Shown here in pieces: positions 30,150 to 45,725 of a stretch of DNA of 64,000 nucleotides; the stretch's first letter is position 1, and every line of letters starts with the position of its first letter. Made by a program: the position numbers and the translations under genes. The stretch is from NCBI RefSeq assembly GCF_009914755.1, contig NC_060925.1; one strand, written 5' to 3'. The notes beneath the pieces were generated by a model. That model saw only the letters and a program-made list of their open reading frames with translations. It did no database searches and had not been told where the DNA came from. Source of the DNA: the human T2T-CHM13v2.0 reference genome, Homo sapiens.

Positions 30150-32026
30150 AAACCACAAGCCCAAGGTCACACAGCTGGGAAGTAGCCCAGCTGAAAGAAA
30201 TAGCAGGAGCTTTCCTATCAATCCCTATTCATTCATTCATTCATTCAACAGAAATGTCCTATGCCCCCAGTATTGTTCTAGATGCTGGGAATGTTGTGGT
30301 CCTTCCTGTGTCCAAGGCATTCATATTCCAGTCAATTGTTGGGGTGAGAGAAGTGAATTGCTGAATGCTGATTAAGAAAACCATCAGAAAGTGTAAAGCA
30401 GAGAATTAAAACAGGGCAGGGAGACTGGGAGTAACCAAGGGTGGGAGGTAGTTGCTTTCGGTTGGGAGGGCAGGGACATTTTTTTGGAGGGAGAAGCAGT
30501 TCAGCTGAGCTCTGGGTGAAGAAGGAGCCCGTCTTGCCAAGACCCAGGGGAGGCTTCCCCCAGCAGAGGCCCCAAGGTGAACGGGGCTTGGCCAGGAACC
30601 AAAAACTGAAAGGGACCAGAGAGGAATCCTCATCCTGCCTTCTCTGACCTTGCTTTGAGCTTTTACAAACTGCTTTAAAAATCTCTTCATTTTAAATTAA
30701 AAAAAAAAAAAAATAGGGGACTCTGAGCTCTAGAGAACAAGCCAGGCCAGCCAGTGGGAGACATGGGCTATTCAGCTTGCCCTGGTGCCCTGAGGTCAGG
30801 ATGACCCTCCAGCTGACCTCAGTCAGGAACCCCAAGTGTGAATGCCCCCTAGTCCTCCTCAAGGGGACACTGAGATAGGGTGGGGAGGGGGTGGCAGGAG
30901 CCCAGCCCCTCCTGCACAACAAAGCAAGGCAAGGATGTGGGGAATGAACATGGGCATTTGGAAGCAGGATCCAGCCAGAAAGACAGGCAGGGCCTTGGAG
31001 AAGTCGTCCCTGTCACTTTGTCCCTGGGCTGGGCCCCCTGGAGGTGGAACCATGCATTCCAGGTGGCCTGAGGCTTGTACCCACCAATGGGTAGGTTTCT
31101 GCCTTTGACACACATCACCCCCACCTGGTAGTCCCTGGGTGTGGCTAGTCCCCCGATAGGAGCACCCAGGGGTGAGTCAGGGACTGTCTCAGTCAAGAGT
31201 GTGGGAGATAGACTGGGACATGGCCCTGGAGCCAGAGATACCTGGGTTCGAATCCCAACCCTGCCACTTATCAGCCAGTGACTCACCCTTGGAGTTTCAG
31301 TTTCTACAGCTGTCAAATGCAGTAACAGTACCAGCACCTCAAGGTAGGTAAGAGGAGGGGTGAATGGGCACCACAGGTGTTCCGTGTCCACTCCACTTCC
31401 CACACTGGGCAGAGCCTAACCCCAGAGGGAACAGGAAGCACAGTGGCTGCCTCTGCCATCCAGGAGCACTCAGAGGGGTGAGTGGAGAACAGAGGCTCTC
31501 CTGGGAATTACTCCTTCCTTGCTGCCTCTTGTCCAATTTCAATCATTGGACACTGATCCAGGACAAGAACTTGCAGGGTGGGACATTCCAAGTCCTGCTG
31601 CCTGAGGCCCCACCTGAGCATCTAGCCTCCTAATCTAAATAAATCCCATGTCTTTACCAATCTGAGATTCATTCATTATTCATTTATTTGTTCAACAAAT
31701 CCCTATTGATCACCTACTACATATCAAGCCTGCCCTGGTGATAAGGTGGTCACAGATGGGAGCACCCCAGGCACAGCTCTGCTCCCAGCCAAAGTGAGAG
31801 CGGGTTGCAGTCCCTGGCTCTGGGCTTGCTCGCCCAACACAAATTCCATCAGCTACCCAACCCCTCAGGGACATTGATCCTGTTCCGTCTTGGGGGTAAA
31901 TAAATCCTAATGAATCTAAACCAACCAGGCTCATCCCATTGTCTTGGGTAACCTCTGGGTTAGGGCGGCCTGTCCTGAAGAGAAGTCGGTGGGTGGTGCT
32001 GGGGGGCTTATTAAAAAGACAGAGGA

Positions 32027-32340
32027 GGCCGGGTGCGGTGGCTCACACCTGTAATCCCAGCACTTTGGGAGGCTGAGGCAGGCGGATCATGAGGTCAGGA
32101 GATCGAGACCATCCTGGCTAACATGGTGAAACCCTGTCTCTACTAAAAATACAAAAAATTAGCCGGGCATGGTGGCGGGCGCCTGTAGTCCCAGCTACTC
32201 GGGAGGCTGAGGCAGAAGAATGGCTGGGAGGCAGAGCTTGCAGTGAGCTGAGATTGCGCCACTGCACTCCAGCCTGGGCAACAGAACGAGACTCCGTCTC
32301 AAAAACAAACAAAAAAGCAAACAAACAAACAAACAAAAAG
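32027..32340 (+). mobile_element. AluY-like
   Basis: Alu consensus, aaaaagaca TSD. Confidence 0.9.
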
Positions 32341-33120
32341 ACACAGGAAGAGAGGAAGACACAGCGTCTCCTTGGCTGGATGCTGTCACGTCCTGGCCTG
32401 CGGGCTGGCATCATGGTTGCCAGCTTGGAGCTGTGAGGGGAGTCACCTAGAGGGCAAAGCCAACACACAGAGGTGGCTTGCCAGGAGCAGGAAGGAAACC
32501 AGGCCCTGATGATATCAAGCTCCGAAGAGCCAGACTTGGAACCACCTCCTCTCCGAACGTCTCATCATGTGAGATCATAAACGCCTGCATTGTTTCAGCC
32601 CAATGAGTCACAGTTTTTAGCTGGAAGCTTCTTAACCAATACAAACGTGATGCGGCGAGGGAGCGGAGCAAGAAGAGGCTGGGGTGAAGCTGTGGCTCTG
32701 CCTTTCTCGGGTTGTGGGACCTCAGGAGGGTCCTCAATTATAAAATGGGGATCGTAATGGCTAAGTCAGCCAACATGAATATTAAGAGAGATGTTGCTGC
32801 AAAGCCATAGGGAGCTATTGGGCCAAATTTGGTAGACAAATAAGAGTCATCAGCTCCCGATGGTGTCTCTTGAGTAAATGCATCCAGTGTCACTGAGAGA
32901 AGACTTGGCGGGAAAGGAGGAGGACACTTTCTCCTCCTGATTTCTCTTGGGGGTGACTTTAGATCTGGTCACTACGAAACAACAACATTAACCATGCCGT
33001 TAACATTTAAAGTTAATACCCTGTGCCAGGTGCCTGCTGTGCTAAGAATTTAATCTACGCTAATCTTATTTAATACAAACATGAACACCTTCTTATTCTC
33101 TTCTTTTTAAAAAATTTTCA

Positions 33121-33410
33121 GTCCAGTGCAGTGGCTCACGACTGTAATCCCAACATGTTGGGAGGCCAAGGCAGGAGGATCACTTGAGCCCAGGAGTTTG
33201 AGGCCAGCCTAGACAGCATAGTGAGGCCCCATCTCTACAAAAAATACAAAAATTACCCAGGTGTTCGGGTGCCTGGCTACTCAGGAGGCTGGGGCAGGAG
33301 GATCACTTGAGCCATGGAGGTCGAGGCTGCCGTGAGCCACGATCATGCTGCTGCATTCCAGCCTGGGCAACACAGCAAGACCCTGTCTCAACAACAATAA
33401 CAAAAAAAAA
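33121..33410 (+). mobile_element. Alu (J-like)
   Basis: Alu consensus. Confidence 0.88.
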
Positions 33411-33560
33411 ATTCTTATTTTTTGTAGAGATGAGGTCTATGTTGCCCAGGCTGGTCTCTTCTTATTTTCATTTATACTTTACATGCAGAGAATGTTTCCT
33501 CCTGTAAGGTACATGGTTAGTCAGTGATATAAGTGGAATTTTTTTTAAAAAAACTAGACT

Positions 33561-33915
<355 letters not shown>

Positions 33916-35762
33916 TAGACTTTATCTTTATATGGCAGTTTTAGGTTCACAGCAAAATTGAGAAGGTATGGAGATTTCCCTACCCTGTTCCCCCACACAG
34001 GCACAGCTGCCCCCATGGGTATCCCTACCTGGAGTGGTGCATAGAACTGGAATTTGAACCCAGCGCCCACAGTCCTTCATTCCTATGACACCACTTCACA
34101 TGAGTCACCACATCTCAGAACTGCTCAGTCAGCTGAGGCACAGATGGTGCCACAGGCCCAGAGTGTGGGTGACTGCAGGTGCCTCAGCCCCCTGGCTGGA
34201 AACAGCTAGCCACACACAAATGGCAGATTGGGAGTCCTCATAGGAAAAAGTTGTCCCTCTTCAGTCTCTTTCCTTAGAAGCAGAGCCTGAGACAAGGATT
34301 CTTGTGCAAATGCTTTACTGAGGGAGTACTTTCTGGAGAAACCTGTGAGGGAACCAGGAAAACTGGATAGGCCAAGGGGTCAGACCAAGCAGAGAGGTGG
34401 TTCCAGGAGAGGCCTGGCCTCAGCCCGATCCCAGGAACAATTTGAGAGTGTCATTCAACCCAGACAATGCTGCACAGACACGGGGGAGCTGGCAATTGTA
34501 CCCTCCATGGTGTCACTCTCCTGGCCATGAGTGACAGGTGGCCTCTTGGTGGGAGAGGTGGGGCAGGGGGAAGGCAGCTCCCACTAGACCAGGGCAGTAT
34601 TTAGGGGAAGGAGGCAGATTGGAGCAGTTGGCTGCCAACACCTGGCCTCACTCAGGGAGAGGGGCCTTGGGCCTGGAAGATATCTGGGTGAGGTACCCAC
34701 ACCATCTGCTGCAACCTCTGTGTATCCATTATGGGCTCACGCCATTCACAGGCATGAATTGAGCACCTAGTATGTGGGAAAACAGGGGAAACAGAGATGG
34801 CACAGACATGGTCTCCATCCTTCGGGGGCTCCAGTCTAGTTGGGGGAGATCAGAGAAGTTCCATTTGCCACTCTAGGCCAAGCTAGGTAAGCGGCAGAGC
34901 CATGAAGCATTGTGGGAGCTTGGAGGAGGGAGTGAGCCCTTGCAGTCAGGGAGAAGGAGTCAGCCTGGGGAGACTTCCAGAAAGTAGCCCTTTGACCCTG
35001 AGGAGGTGGGGATCAGTCGTGATGAAAGTAATAGCCATTCAGTAGCCCCTTGTAATTCACCCTGAGCCAATGCCTGGAGGCAGGAGAAAGTACTCAAGGC
35101 TCTGGTGCCTGGAGCCACAAGACCTGGCGGCTTTGTCTAGGCTTCACCCAAGAAGGATTTATGGAGCTCCTTCTTGGTTCTGGTGTTGCTTTGGGCACCA
35201 GGGATGCAACTGAGTTTAAGACAGGCATGGCCTCCACCTGCAGGGACTTCAGAGCTTGCCTGGGGAGAGGGTCACATGGCCAGACTGTGCAGGGTCCCCA
35301 GTGCCTATGAGAGGCTTTATCTTAGGACAGTGGAGGGCCTTGAGGTTTTAAAAGATAGAGCCACATGGACAGAAAGATCAATATTGCCCTTTATAGTGGC
35401 TGCTGCGGTTGTAGCTCCGAGACTATATTGGAGGGGGTGAGGAAGGACAAGGGGGCCAGCAGGTGGGGGACAGCGGCAGACCCCTCCCCCACCCCGATGC
35501 TTTGGTCCAAACACCACCTCTGAGGGCTCCCTTGCTTGGGCTTCTCCCAAGATTCCCATCCACCCTCAGAGGACACAGCTACTGCCTCAACTGGGAGGAT
35601 TCGGAAAGCTTCAGAAGGTCAGAAGGCATTGGTAGAGGGTTCCGGGGGAGGCTGGGACTACCTCCCCCCGGAGTGTTTGAAAAGCCAGGCTGGTTCAGGT
35701 TAGATACTGAGGTGGGGATGCCAGAGCTCCATGCTGAGGAACAGGGTAGAGGGTGTGGGCTT

Positions 35763-35908
35763 CTAGCACCCAGGGGTCTGCCCCCGGCAGTGGGGCCGCC
35801 AGTAGAAACGCAGTCGCTTCTGGTAGGTGTCCAGGTTGCGCTTCAGGCAGAAGGCCACCTCCTTGTCACAGGCACACAGCTGCTGCTCACACCAGCTTCC
35901 CTTGTCAG
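35763..35908 (-). CDS. PLA2G2D: Group IID sPLA2 exon 4 (SDKGSWCEQQLCACDKEVAFCLKRNLDTYQKRLRFYWRPHCRGQTPGC*)
   Basis: cag acceptor, TAG at 35765-35763, group II C-terminal extension; joined CDS is 438 nt = 145 aa. Confidence 0.98.
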
Positions 35909-37155
35909 CTGTGGACGGAGAAGGGGGAGCTATGTGTTTGTCCTTTTCCGAGACAGAGGCAGGTATGAGTCTAGCAGCCTCTGAAGTCAGTGCAGTTCCT
36001 ACTCAGTCGTAGAGGTACCGGTCCCAGCAACCTCGATTCTAGCTGCATGACTTGGCCACGTACCGTGACCTCCCTGTGTGCCATTGCACCTTCAGTTATT
36101 TATTCACCCATTCATTAAACAATTGTTGAGCACCTACCGTGTCACGGCAGGAGAGGACTGAACGATAGGGACATGAGAGAGGGGCAGGTATTAGAGCACC
36201 ACAGGGAGGAAAAAAACAACTATGCAAAGTTAACATGAGGAACCATGCAGGGCTAGGAGATCAGAAAACAGGGTGGAAGAGCCTTTTGAGCTGAGATCGG
36301 AAGGGTCTGCTCTTCCTGGAGGAAGCTGGGGTTTGGGAGTGGGGGATGGCAACAGTCTATGCAAAGACTCCCGGGCAGGAGGGATCACAGTTTCATTATC
36401 CATGAAGCGGGGATAATGGCAAGAGTTGCCTAGGGGGCTGTCATGAGAGTTAAAGTAACAAGACAAGGCACTTAGCCTATAGTAAGTGCTCAATAAATGT
36501 TGGATATTATTGTTACTATTATTATGAAGCCCTCAATTAACAGCAGCTGCTGTGATGAGCCCTTTAGATTCCCAGCCCTGAGGACCTGCTACATTTCTAT
36601 GCTTGTGATGCTGGAAAGGATGTAGGGGCCAGGTGCCCTGGGTTCCAGCCCAGGCTCTGTCAGTTGGAGGCAGACACTTCCCCACTCTAGTTTTGGTTTC
36701 CTGGTCTGTACAATGGAGATAATCAGGGTTTTGCCGATCCTCGACAGGCTGCCACGAGCATCAGTGATGATGAAAGTAACAGCCAATCAGTAGCTCTGTG
36801 TAATTTATTATGGCAGGCATCCTGTGAGGCCCATTCTGTCTGTCTCATTTTAGCTCTTGCAATAACTTAATGGGGTAGATTACAGATGAGGATACTGAGG
36901 TTCAGAGAGGTTAAGCAATGTGGTCACCAAGCTGGTCAGTCGTGGGCCTGAATTCCAGGTGCTAAAGGGGCCAAACCTCCCATGGGTCCTCTCCATACCC
37001 CCATACCCATTCTTGCCTCTTCACAGCCCAACTGCAGCCAGTGGACCCATGCAAAAAAAAAACAGAGAGGTCAAGTAGCTGTGCTGTGAAGGCAGTGGGG
37101 GCCAGATCTCCCTTCCTGGGGTCTCCAGCTCCTGCCCTGAGGTCTGCGTACTCAC

Positions 37156-37262
37156 AGCAGTGGATGTTCCCCTGGGAAAAGTTGTATCTGTAATAGTCCT
37201 TGTAGATGCCGCACCCCTGGGTCTTCAGGTGGTCATAGCAGCAGTCATGGGTCTGGCAGCAC
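37156..37262 (-). CDS. PLA2G2D: PLA2G2D exon 3 (catalytic CCQTHDCCY)
   Basis: 107 nt, ccag/gtgag boundaries. Confidence 0.98.
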
Positions 37263-37981
37263 CTGGAGCAGACAGGGTGCACAGCTGCATGGGTCCCCAG
37301 CCTACTGGGGTCTCTGGCTGCTCCCCCTACTGGAGAAGAACCCGTGTCCCCACCTGGGAAGAGTCAAGGCCTGCAGGGCTGCAGTCTTCCTCAGGATCAT
37401 GATGACTAACATTTTTTGAGCGATTCCTATGCACTAGACACTTGCTTTATCTATGCATTCTCTCTTGCTCCTTAAAACCACCATGGGATGGAGGTACTCA
37501 TATTATCCGCTCTTCAGAGATGAAGAAACTGAGACTCGGGGAGGTCAAGACACTTGCCCAAGGTCACACAGCCTGTAAGTGGCAGATCGTGGCAGTGTCC
37601 CCAGGCCTGGCTGGCTCGCACCGCTCCTCTAGCTGACTCCCAGGGTTGTTATGAAGATCAAATGAGATAACAGAAAAAAAGAGGTGGTGAGGGGGCTTTA
37701 AAAACCAACGTCCATTGCAGTGGGGAGTGAATGTGGGCATTGTCACTAGAGTAGGGGATGGGAGTGCAAGGGGGCGTCTGGCCTTCAGGGACCCTGGGGA
37801 ACCTTCTGGAAGGCAAGCTCCAGGAGGGCTGGGACCGTATTGGCACTCAGTGGTATTTAGCACATAGTAGATGCTCAACAAAATGGATTCAACTCAACTA
37901 AATGAACAGGTGGGTGGAGAGAAAAGAAGAGTACCGTAGTCGGGGACAGTATAGGATTGCCAGCCCTGAGAAAGGAGTTAC

Positions 37982-38126
37982 CAGTCCGTGGCATCTTTGG
38001 GTTGGCCTCTGCCACCTAGTCCGCAGTGACAGCCGTAGGGCCAGTAGGAGAGGATGGGCATTTTCCCAGTCACTTGCTTGACCATCTTGTTCAGGTTCAG
38101 GATCCCGCCCTGGATTGGAATCACAC
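37982..38126 (-). CDS. PLA2G2D: PLA2G2D exon 2 ([42 protein letters not shown])
   Basis: 145 nt, gcag/gtaac boundaries, Ca-loop motif. Confidence 0.98.
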
Positions 38127-38288
38127 CTGCCAAGCAGCCCAGCAACCAGGAGAGAAGAGGAGATGAATTTCAGGGCAGCGCCAATGGGCACAGGACGGCA
38201 CCTCTGCTCTGCCCAGACCAAATGAGTGACCTCAGATGATGATAATAATAAAACGACATCTACTACTGCTATTAAAAATATAGCGACA

Positions 38289-38620
38289 GGCCAGGCACAG
38301 TGGCTCACGTCTGTAATCCCAGCACTTTGGGAGACAAAGTCTTGCTCTATTGCCCAGGCTGGAATGCAGTGGCATGATCTCGGGTTTGAGAGGCCAAGGT
38401 GGGCAGATTGCTTGAACACAGGAGTTTGAGACTAGCTTGGGAAACATGGTAACACCCTGTATTTACAAAACATCAAAAATTAACTGGGCGTGGTGGTGGA
38501 CACCTGTCGTCCCAGCTACTTGGGAGGCTGAGGTGGGAGGTGGAGGCTGCAGTGAGCCGAGATCTTGCCACTGCACTCCAGCCTGGGCAACAGAGTGAGA
38601 CTTTGTCTCAAGGAAAAAAA
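38289..38620 (+). mobile_element. Alu containing an internal inverted Alu fragment (38331-38385)
   Basis: Left arm interrupted by an antisense Alu 3' sequence. Confidence 0.88.
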
Positions 38621-41107
38621 GTGACAATTACTGAGTGCTTACTATAGGTCTTCTTTTGTATTGATTTCTCGACTCCATCTGGCTGGATAATTACTGTCAT
38701 ATTAAATAAATAAACTTTTTATTTTGGAATAATTCCAGATGTACAAAAAAGTTGCAAAGATAGAAAGCTCCTGTATACCCCTCAGCCAATTTCCTCAAAT
38801 GTTATCATCTTACTTGTGATTCATTTGTTAAAACCAACACTGGTACAATGAATATTATTTTTAAACCCTATTTTACAGATGAGCAGTTTGAGGCTCAGTA
38901 ACTTGCTCAGAGTCTTAGTGGCTGGTAAATGGAGCCAGAATTCATCATTTACAACAGTCTGGTTTCATTCTCTGTCTCTGGGTGTTGATTTCCCACTCCA
39001 TAATAGGAAGAATGGTCCCAAGTCACCCTTCTTACCTCCAGCCCCTAGAAAAATCTGAGTCTGTAATAAAGAGAGTGTGTGGGTCTTCTGGGAGGCAGCA
39101 TGATTTAGAAATCAGTGCTTTTCATGGATAATTTTATTTCACTCATAATAACTGCTGATTAGAATTGATAGTAAGGGGAATTTATTTTACTGGAAGAGAG
39201 GAATGCATTATGTTGAGTTAGGAGAAATAAAATATATTAAGTCCATGAATTCAAGTGGGAGGTTGGGAGAAACAGATGGCAGAAGGGAATGGAGCTGTGC
39301 CTGTGTGCAACTCCTAGAGATGATTAGAGAATGCAGGGAGCACACGTCCCGATGGAGCCCAGAGTCTCAGGGAGACTGGGCTGGGCAGCCCCTCTTCGAG
39401 TGAGTTTACTTATGGAACCCGCACCCAACCTCAGGCAAATGAAGTCAATAGTACACAGTGGGTGAGCCACACATTGGGGACCGTTGGGCTGGGAAGGGTG
39501 GTTGGGAGAAACTCATGCAGTGGACAAAGAGTGAGACCACACACAGGTGGCCTTGGGTTGCAACTCAAAGTGACTGGGCCATCATGTCCCCAGTACGTCC
39601 CCTCAATGTGTGGGAGTCCATGTTGCCACGCCTGTTTGACATGGTGCCTCTAGCTGTTAAGACATGTACAAGAGAAGACTTGCTAAGCTTTGGCTGCACT
39701 GGTGAAGGATCCCGGGCCCTCTGGAATCATACACAATCCATCAGAGATTCCTAGATTCCATGATAAGGAACCCAACTGCAAACGGAGAGTCCACCTTGCA
39801 GATCAACCAGAGCCCCGCGTTCAGAATCTTGCCTTTCTTAGGGTACCCCGGTCCTCTTTTTTTTGCCCTAAATATAGCCCTTTCAATCTGGGCTCAGAAA
39901 TACATAAACTGAACTCACACCTGAATGATGCAGCTCTTTCTTGCCATGTGAAAAATACATTCAGCTTTGATTCAGAATGCTTTCGGGTGGTCTTACTTGC
40001 CATAATTTTAAGGTGAGGAGGACCCAGCCTGAGAAACGGAGCTGGAGCTGTGGCTGGGGAGGTGTTGATGAACTGGCTTAGCTTGTCAGCCGTTCTTGCC
40101 TGGGTAACTTTTCCTACCCTTGGCTGCCACTGACAGGGGTGAAGCTCCTTCTCCCAAGGGATGGACACAGTGGGTGGGAGGAGGTGCCACTGCCATCTTT
40201 CATGCATGTGCCATGTGTGAAGCTATTATTTAAGTTTACTCAACACTTAGTGTCTGTTTTCCCATTAGAGTCCCTCTAACAGCCCTGTGAAGGGGGTTGT
40301 ACCCATTTTACAGATGAGGATATTGAAAGGTTTGGTGATTTGGCTAAAGTCATACTGCTAAGAGATGGCGGGGCCTGCATTTGACTGCAGGTTCATCTGT
40401 GTATTTGATCTCTACAGTGTCTTCCCTCTTTACATCTGAGAGATGAATTTTTGCAGCTCAATTGCAAATTTCCTAATGGTTTTTGCTGTAATCCTGGAGA
40501 CATGTTCCTCTAGAGAATTTCAGAGTCCCAAGATAACATAAAACTACATTTTAAAATGCAAGTCTTTTCCAAAATCACAATTTTGAGATGGATTGAGGAC
40601 AAAAAGGCCAATTTGCTAGCAACTGCACTTTATATTTGGTCTGCTTAAGATCAAATGGAAATTGCCCCCTCTTCACCGAAAGTCAAGGGAACCCTCTTCC
40701 CAGGTTCAAGGCAGATCATGAACATGAAACGGCTCTAAAAATATGGAGTGCTATGCATTCGTACGGGTTGCTCCTATTCAGTGGGAGAGGTAGGGGTGAA
40801 GTGACCTGTGTCCAAAGCGTCATCATCATGGGCCCAGCAGACCCTGGTGCTGGACTTCTAGTTTGAACTTTCACAGCAGTCCAGAGATGTGCAGCACAGC
40901 TTGGCCAGCCAGAGCTCTCTGGCTGAAGCTACCATGCTAGGAGACTGACGGCCACTGAAGGCTCTTTGCAGAGGGGCAGAAGGATTGGGGAGTGGGGGCC
41001 AGGCTCCTGGGGATCAGAGCAGCAGCCCCCTAATCTGGGAAAGAGAGCACAGGGGTACACTGGCCTCCCTCCTTCCCTTCCCAGCCTGGGTCCCGTCCCC
41101 GACTCAC

Positions 41108-41147
41108 CAGCCATCACCACCAGCCCACACAGCAGTGCAAGTTCCAT
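41108..41147 (-). CDS. PLA2G2D: PLA2G2D exon 1 coding part (MELALLCGLVVMA-G)
   Basis: ATG at 41147, 40 nt, gtgagt donor. Confidence 0.97.
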
Positions 41148-41208
41148 GATCCCAGCACAGAGCAGTGGAGGCAGATGCTGGCAGTCCCTTTCCATGCAGG
41201 CTGCCCCC

Positions 41209-41303
41209 TTATATCAGATGCACCCCACCCAGCCTTGCCCAGCCCTCCCTCCCAGCCCCCACTCTCATGGAGGCAACACATGCTTCTTTCACTTCCACTT
41301 TTC
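41209..41303 (-). promoter_or_regulatory. PLA2G2D: PLA2G2D proximal promoter: TATA-like GATATAA and ETS-IRF composite site
   Basis: GATATAA at 41215-41209, about 62 nt upstream of the ATG; GAAAAGTGGAAGTGAAA at 41303-41287. Confidence 0.65.
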
Positions 41304-41404
41304 TGGCACTGGGGAGTTTTGTTTTGTTTTGTTTTGTTTTAAACACATTTTTTTTCTATTTATTTAATGTATTTATTTATTTATATTCATATATATATAT
41401 ATAT

Positions 41405-41675
41405 TTTGAGATAGGGTCTTACTCTGTCACTCAGGCTGGAGTGCAGTAGAATGATCATAGCTCACTGTAACCTCGACCTCCTGGGCTCAGGCAATCCTCC
41501 TGCCTCAGCTTTCCAAGAAGCTGAGACCACAGGCATGAGCCACTATGCCTGGCAATTTTTTTTTAAGACAAGACTATGTTGCCCAGGCTGCTCTCGAACT
41601 CCTGGCCTCAAACAATCATCTCGCCTCAACCTCCCAAAGTGCTGGGGTTGCAGGTGTGAGCACCATGCCTTAGCT
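41405..41675 (-). mobile_element. Alu (J-like) upstream of the PLA2G2D promoter
   Basis: Alu consensus. Confidence 0.88.
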
Positions 41676-41990
41676 TCCCCACCATGCCCTTTTTGATAAA
41701 AGAAACATACACTCAGTGTAGAAGATTTGGAAAACCTAAACAATAAACTTAAAATCACCTGCAAACCTATTAAGCACCATTGACATTTTGGTGTACGTCC
41801 CTCTGTGGTCCCGTTGCTGCCTGTCTCTCTTTCTGTCTCTCTCTCTCTCCATACTTTTCCCCAACCAAATTAGGAAAATGTTATATATGCAGAGCTTCGT
41901 AGCCTATTTTTTCATTTGCTGATATAACTTGCACATATTTCTATGTCACTAAATATTCCTCTCTAGTAACATTGTGAAAGGCAGGTTCCT

Positions 41991-42280
41991 GGCTGGGCAC
42001 GGTGGCTCGTGATGGTAATCCTAGCACTTTGGGAGCCCGAGGCGGGTGGATCACGAAGTCAGGAGTTTAAGACCAGCCTGGCCAAGATGGTGAAACCCCA
42101 TCTCTACTAAAACTACAAAAATTAGCCGGCCTGGTGGCAGGCACCTCTAATCCCAGCTACTCGGGAGGCTGAGGCAGAGACTTGCTTGAACTCAGGAGGC
42201 AGAGGTTGCAGTGAGCTGAGATTGTGCCACTGCACTGCAGCCTGGGCGACAGAGCAAGACTCCGTCTCAAAAAGAAAAAG
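41991..42280 (+). mobile_element. Alu
   Basis: Alu consensus, gaaaggcaggttcct TSD. Confidence 0.92.
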
Positions 42281-43923
42281 GCAGGTTCCTATTTCATTAT
42301 ACTATTATATATATTATTATACTGCTATACCATTTATCTAATGAAGCCCCATTGATGGATATATGGGTGGCTTCTGATATTTTTTTACTAATCTAGACTG
42401 TAGAGTGAAAGAAGGCCAAATTTCAGTCAGTTCATGTCCAGAATTGCTTCCATAGGATCTACTCCTAATGTAGACTTGCTGAATCAAAGCACACACACAA
42501 TTTGAAGGCAGGCAATTGATATGTGTTGACAACTTACCCTACAGAAGGTCTGCCCTAGTTTACATGTGAGAATCCTAATGAGGCAAATGGGGTGAAGCCG
42601 GCCCAACTTGGGTGGAGGAGCTGACGGGAGGACACACATGGCCACGACACAGAGAAGGTCAGCCACTGGGGCTCCACCGAGAACCTTGTTCCCACAGCTT
42701 TGATGCCTGTTAGATGGCTGTCTAAGGACAGAATGCCCAGGCTGACCTCTGTTACCAGCAAATCAGCTCATCCAAAAGAATATGCCAGCAGCAGCCACTG
42801 CTAGGAGCTTCCCTCTCTCTGTCTTCTCTTCCCTCCCTTTTAAATCTGATTATTGCCTTTGTTCCTTGACTCAGTCAACCAACTGACCAGCTCATATGTG
42901 TGTCAACAATCTACATACAAAGTAATTCAACAGCAAGCAAAGCAGATGCCTCTGGCACATTTTTTGATGCACCCCCTCCCATGTAGGCTCAATAGTCTTG
43001 TGCACTTACCAGTGTGGTACCTTACCCTATAGACAATCCTCCAGACAGGGACTCTTGGCGGGCCACGTGGCTACCTGTCAGAACTCACGCCACCCTCCAT
43101 CTGGTATGGAGGGATGGGAGCAAAAGTAGCCACAAGCCCTTTGTTGATTCCAGAAGACTTTTCCCTAAAGGGAGAGAAGGCACCATATTGGTGCTACAAA
43201 GCGTCCTCAAAAGCCCCATCTTCAGAGTTACCTCAGACATATCCAGAAGCCCCAGGGCACATCCAACAGGCAAGGTTTGGGATCAGACAGATCTGGTTCA
43301 AATCCTGGCTCCTTCTCTTACCAACTGTGGGACCCTAGGCAAATTACTTCACCTCCAGGAACCTTGGTTTCTTCATCTGCAAAATGGGGTCAACAGTCCC
43401 TCCCTTCCCTGATGGCTGTGAGATTTAGATACAATGTCCATAAAGCACATGGCACCAAGCCTCACCGATCTAGGGAATGCCATTACAGTAACCACAACAT
43501 GGGAGGTTAAGAGGACTGGGGAGATGGGATTCAAACCCAGACTGACTGGGTTAACAGCCTGGCCTCCCTGATGTTCTGGCTGTTTAACTTGGAGCAAGCT
43601 GATTATTAACTCCGTGTCTTCCTCTTGCTCCTATGTAAGACAGGGGTGATGACAGTACCTACTTCATAGCGTTACAGTGAGGATGAAAAGATGATACTTG
43701 AACAGGGTTTGGTCCACAGCTAGAGACCAATAAATGTCGGCTGCAGTGACTCCCGTCCTCCTCCTCCTCATCATCATCATCACCCTCATCATCACTGCTT
43801 AAAATAAGTGGAGTAACTAACCTTTTCTCCTGCATTCTCTGATCTGCTGTTAATACTATCCATTGTTTTTTTCCCATCTCAGTGCATTTGGTCCTCTCTA
43901 TAAATTTAATCTGGGTCTTTTAA

Positions 43924-45725
<1,802 letters not shown>

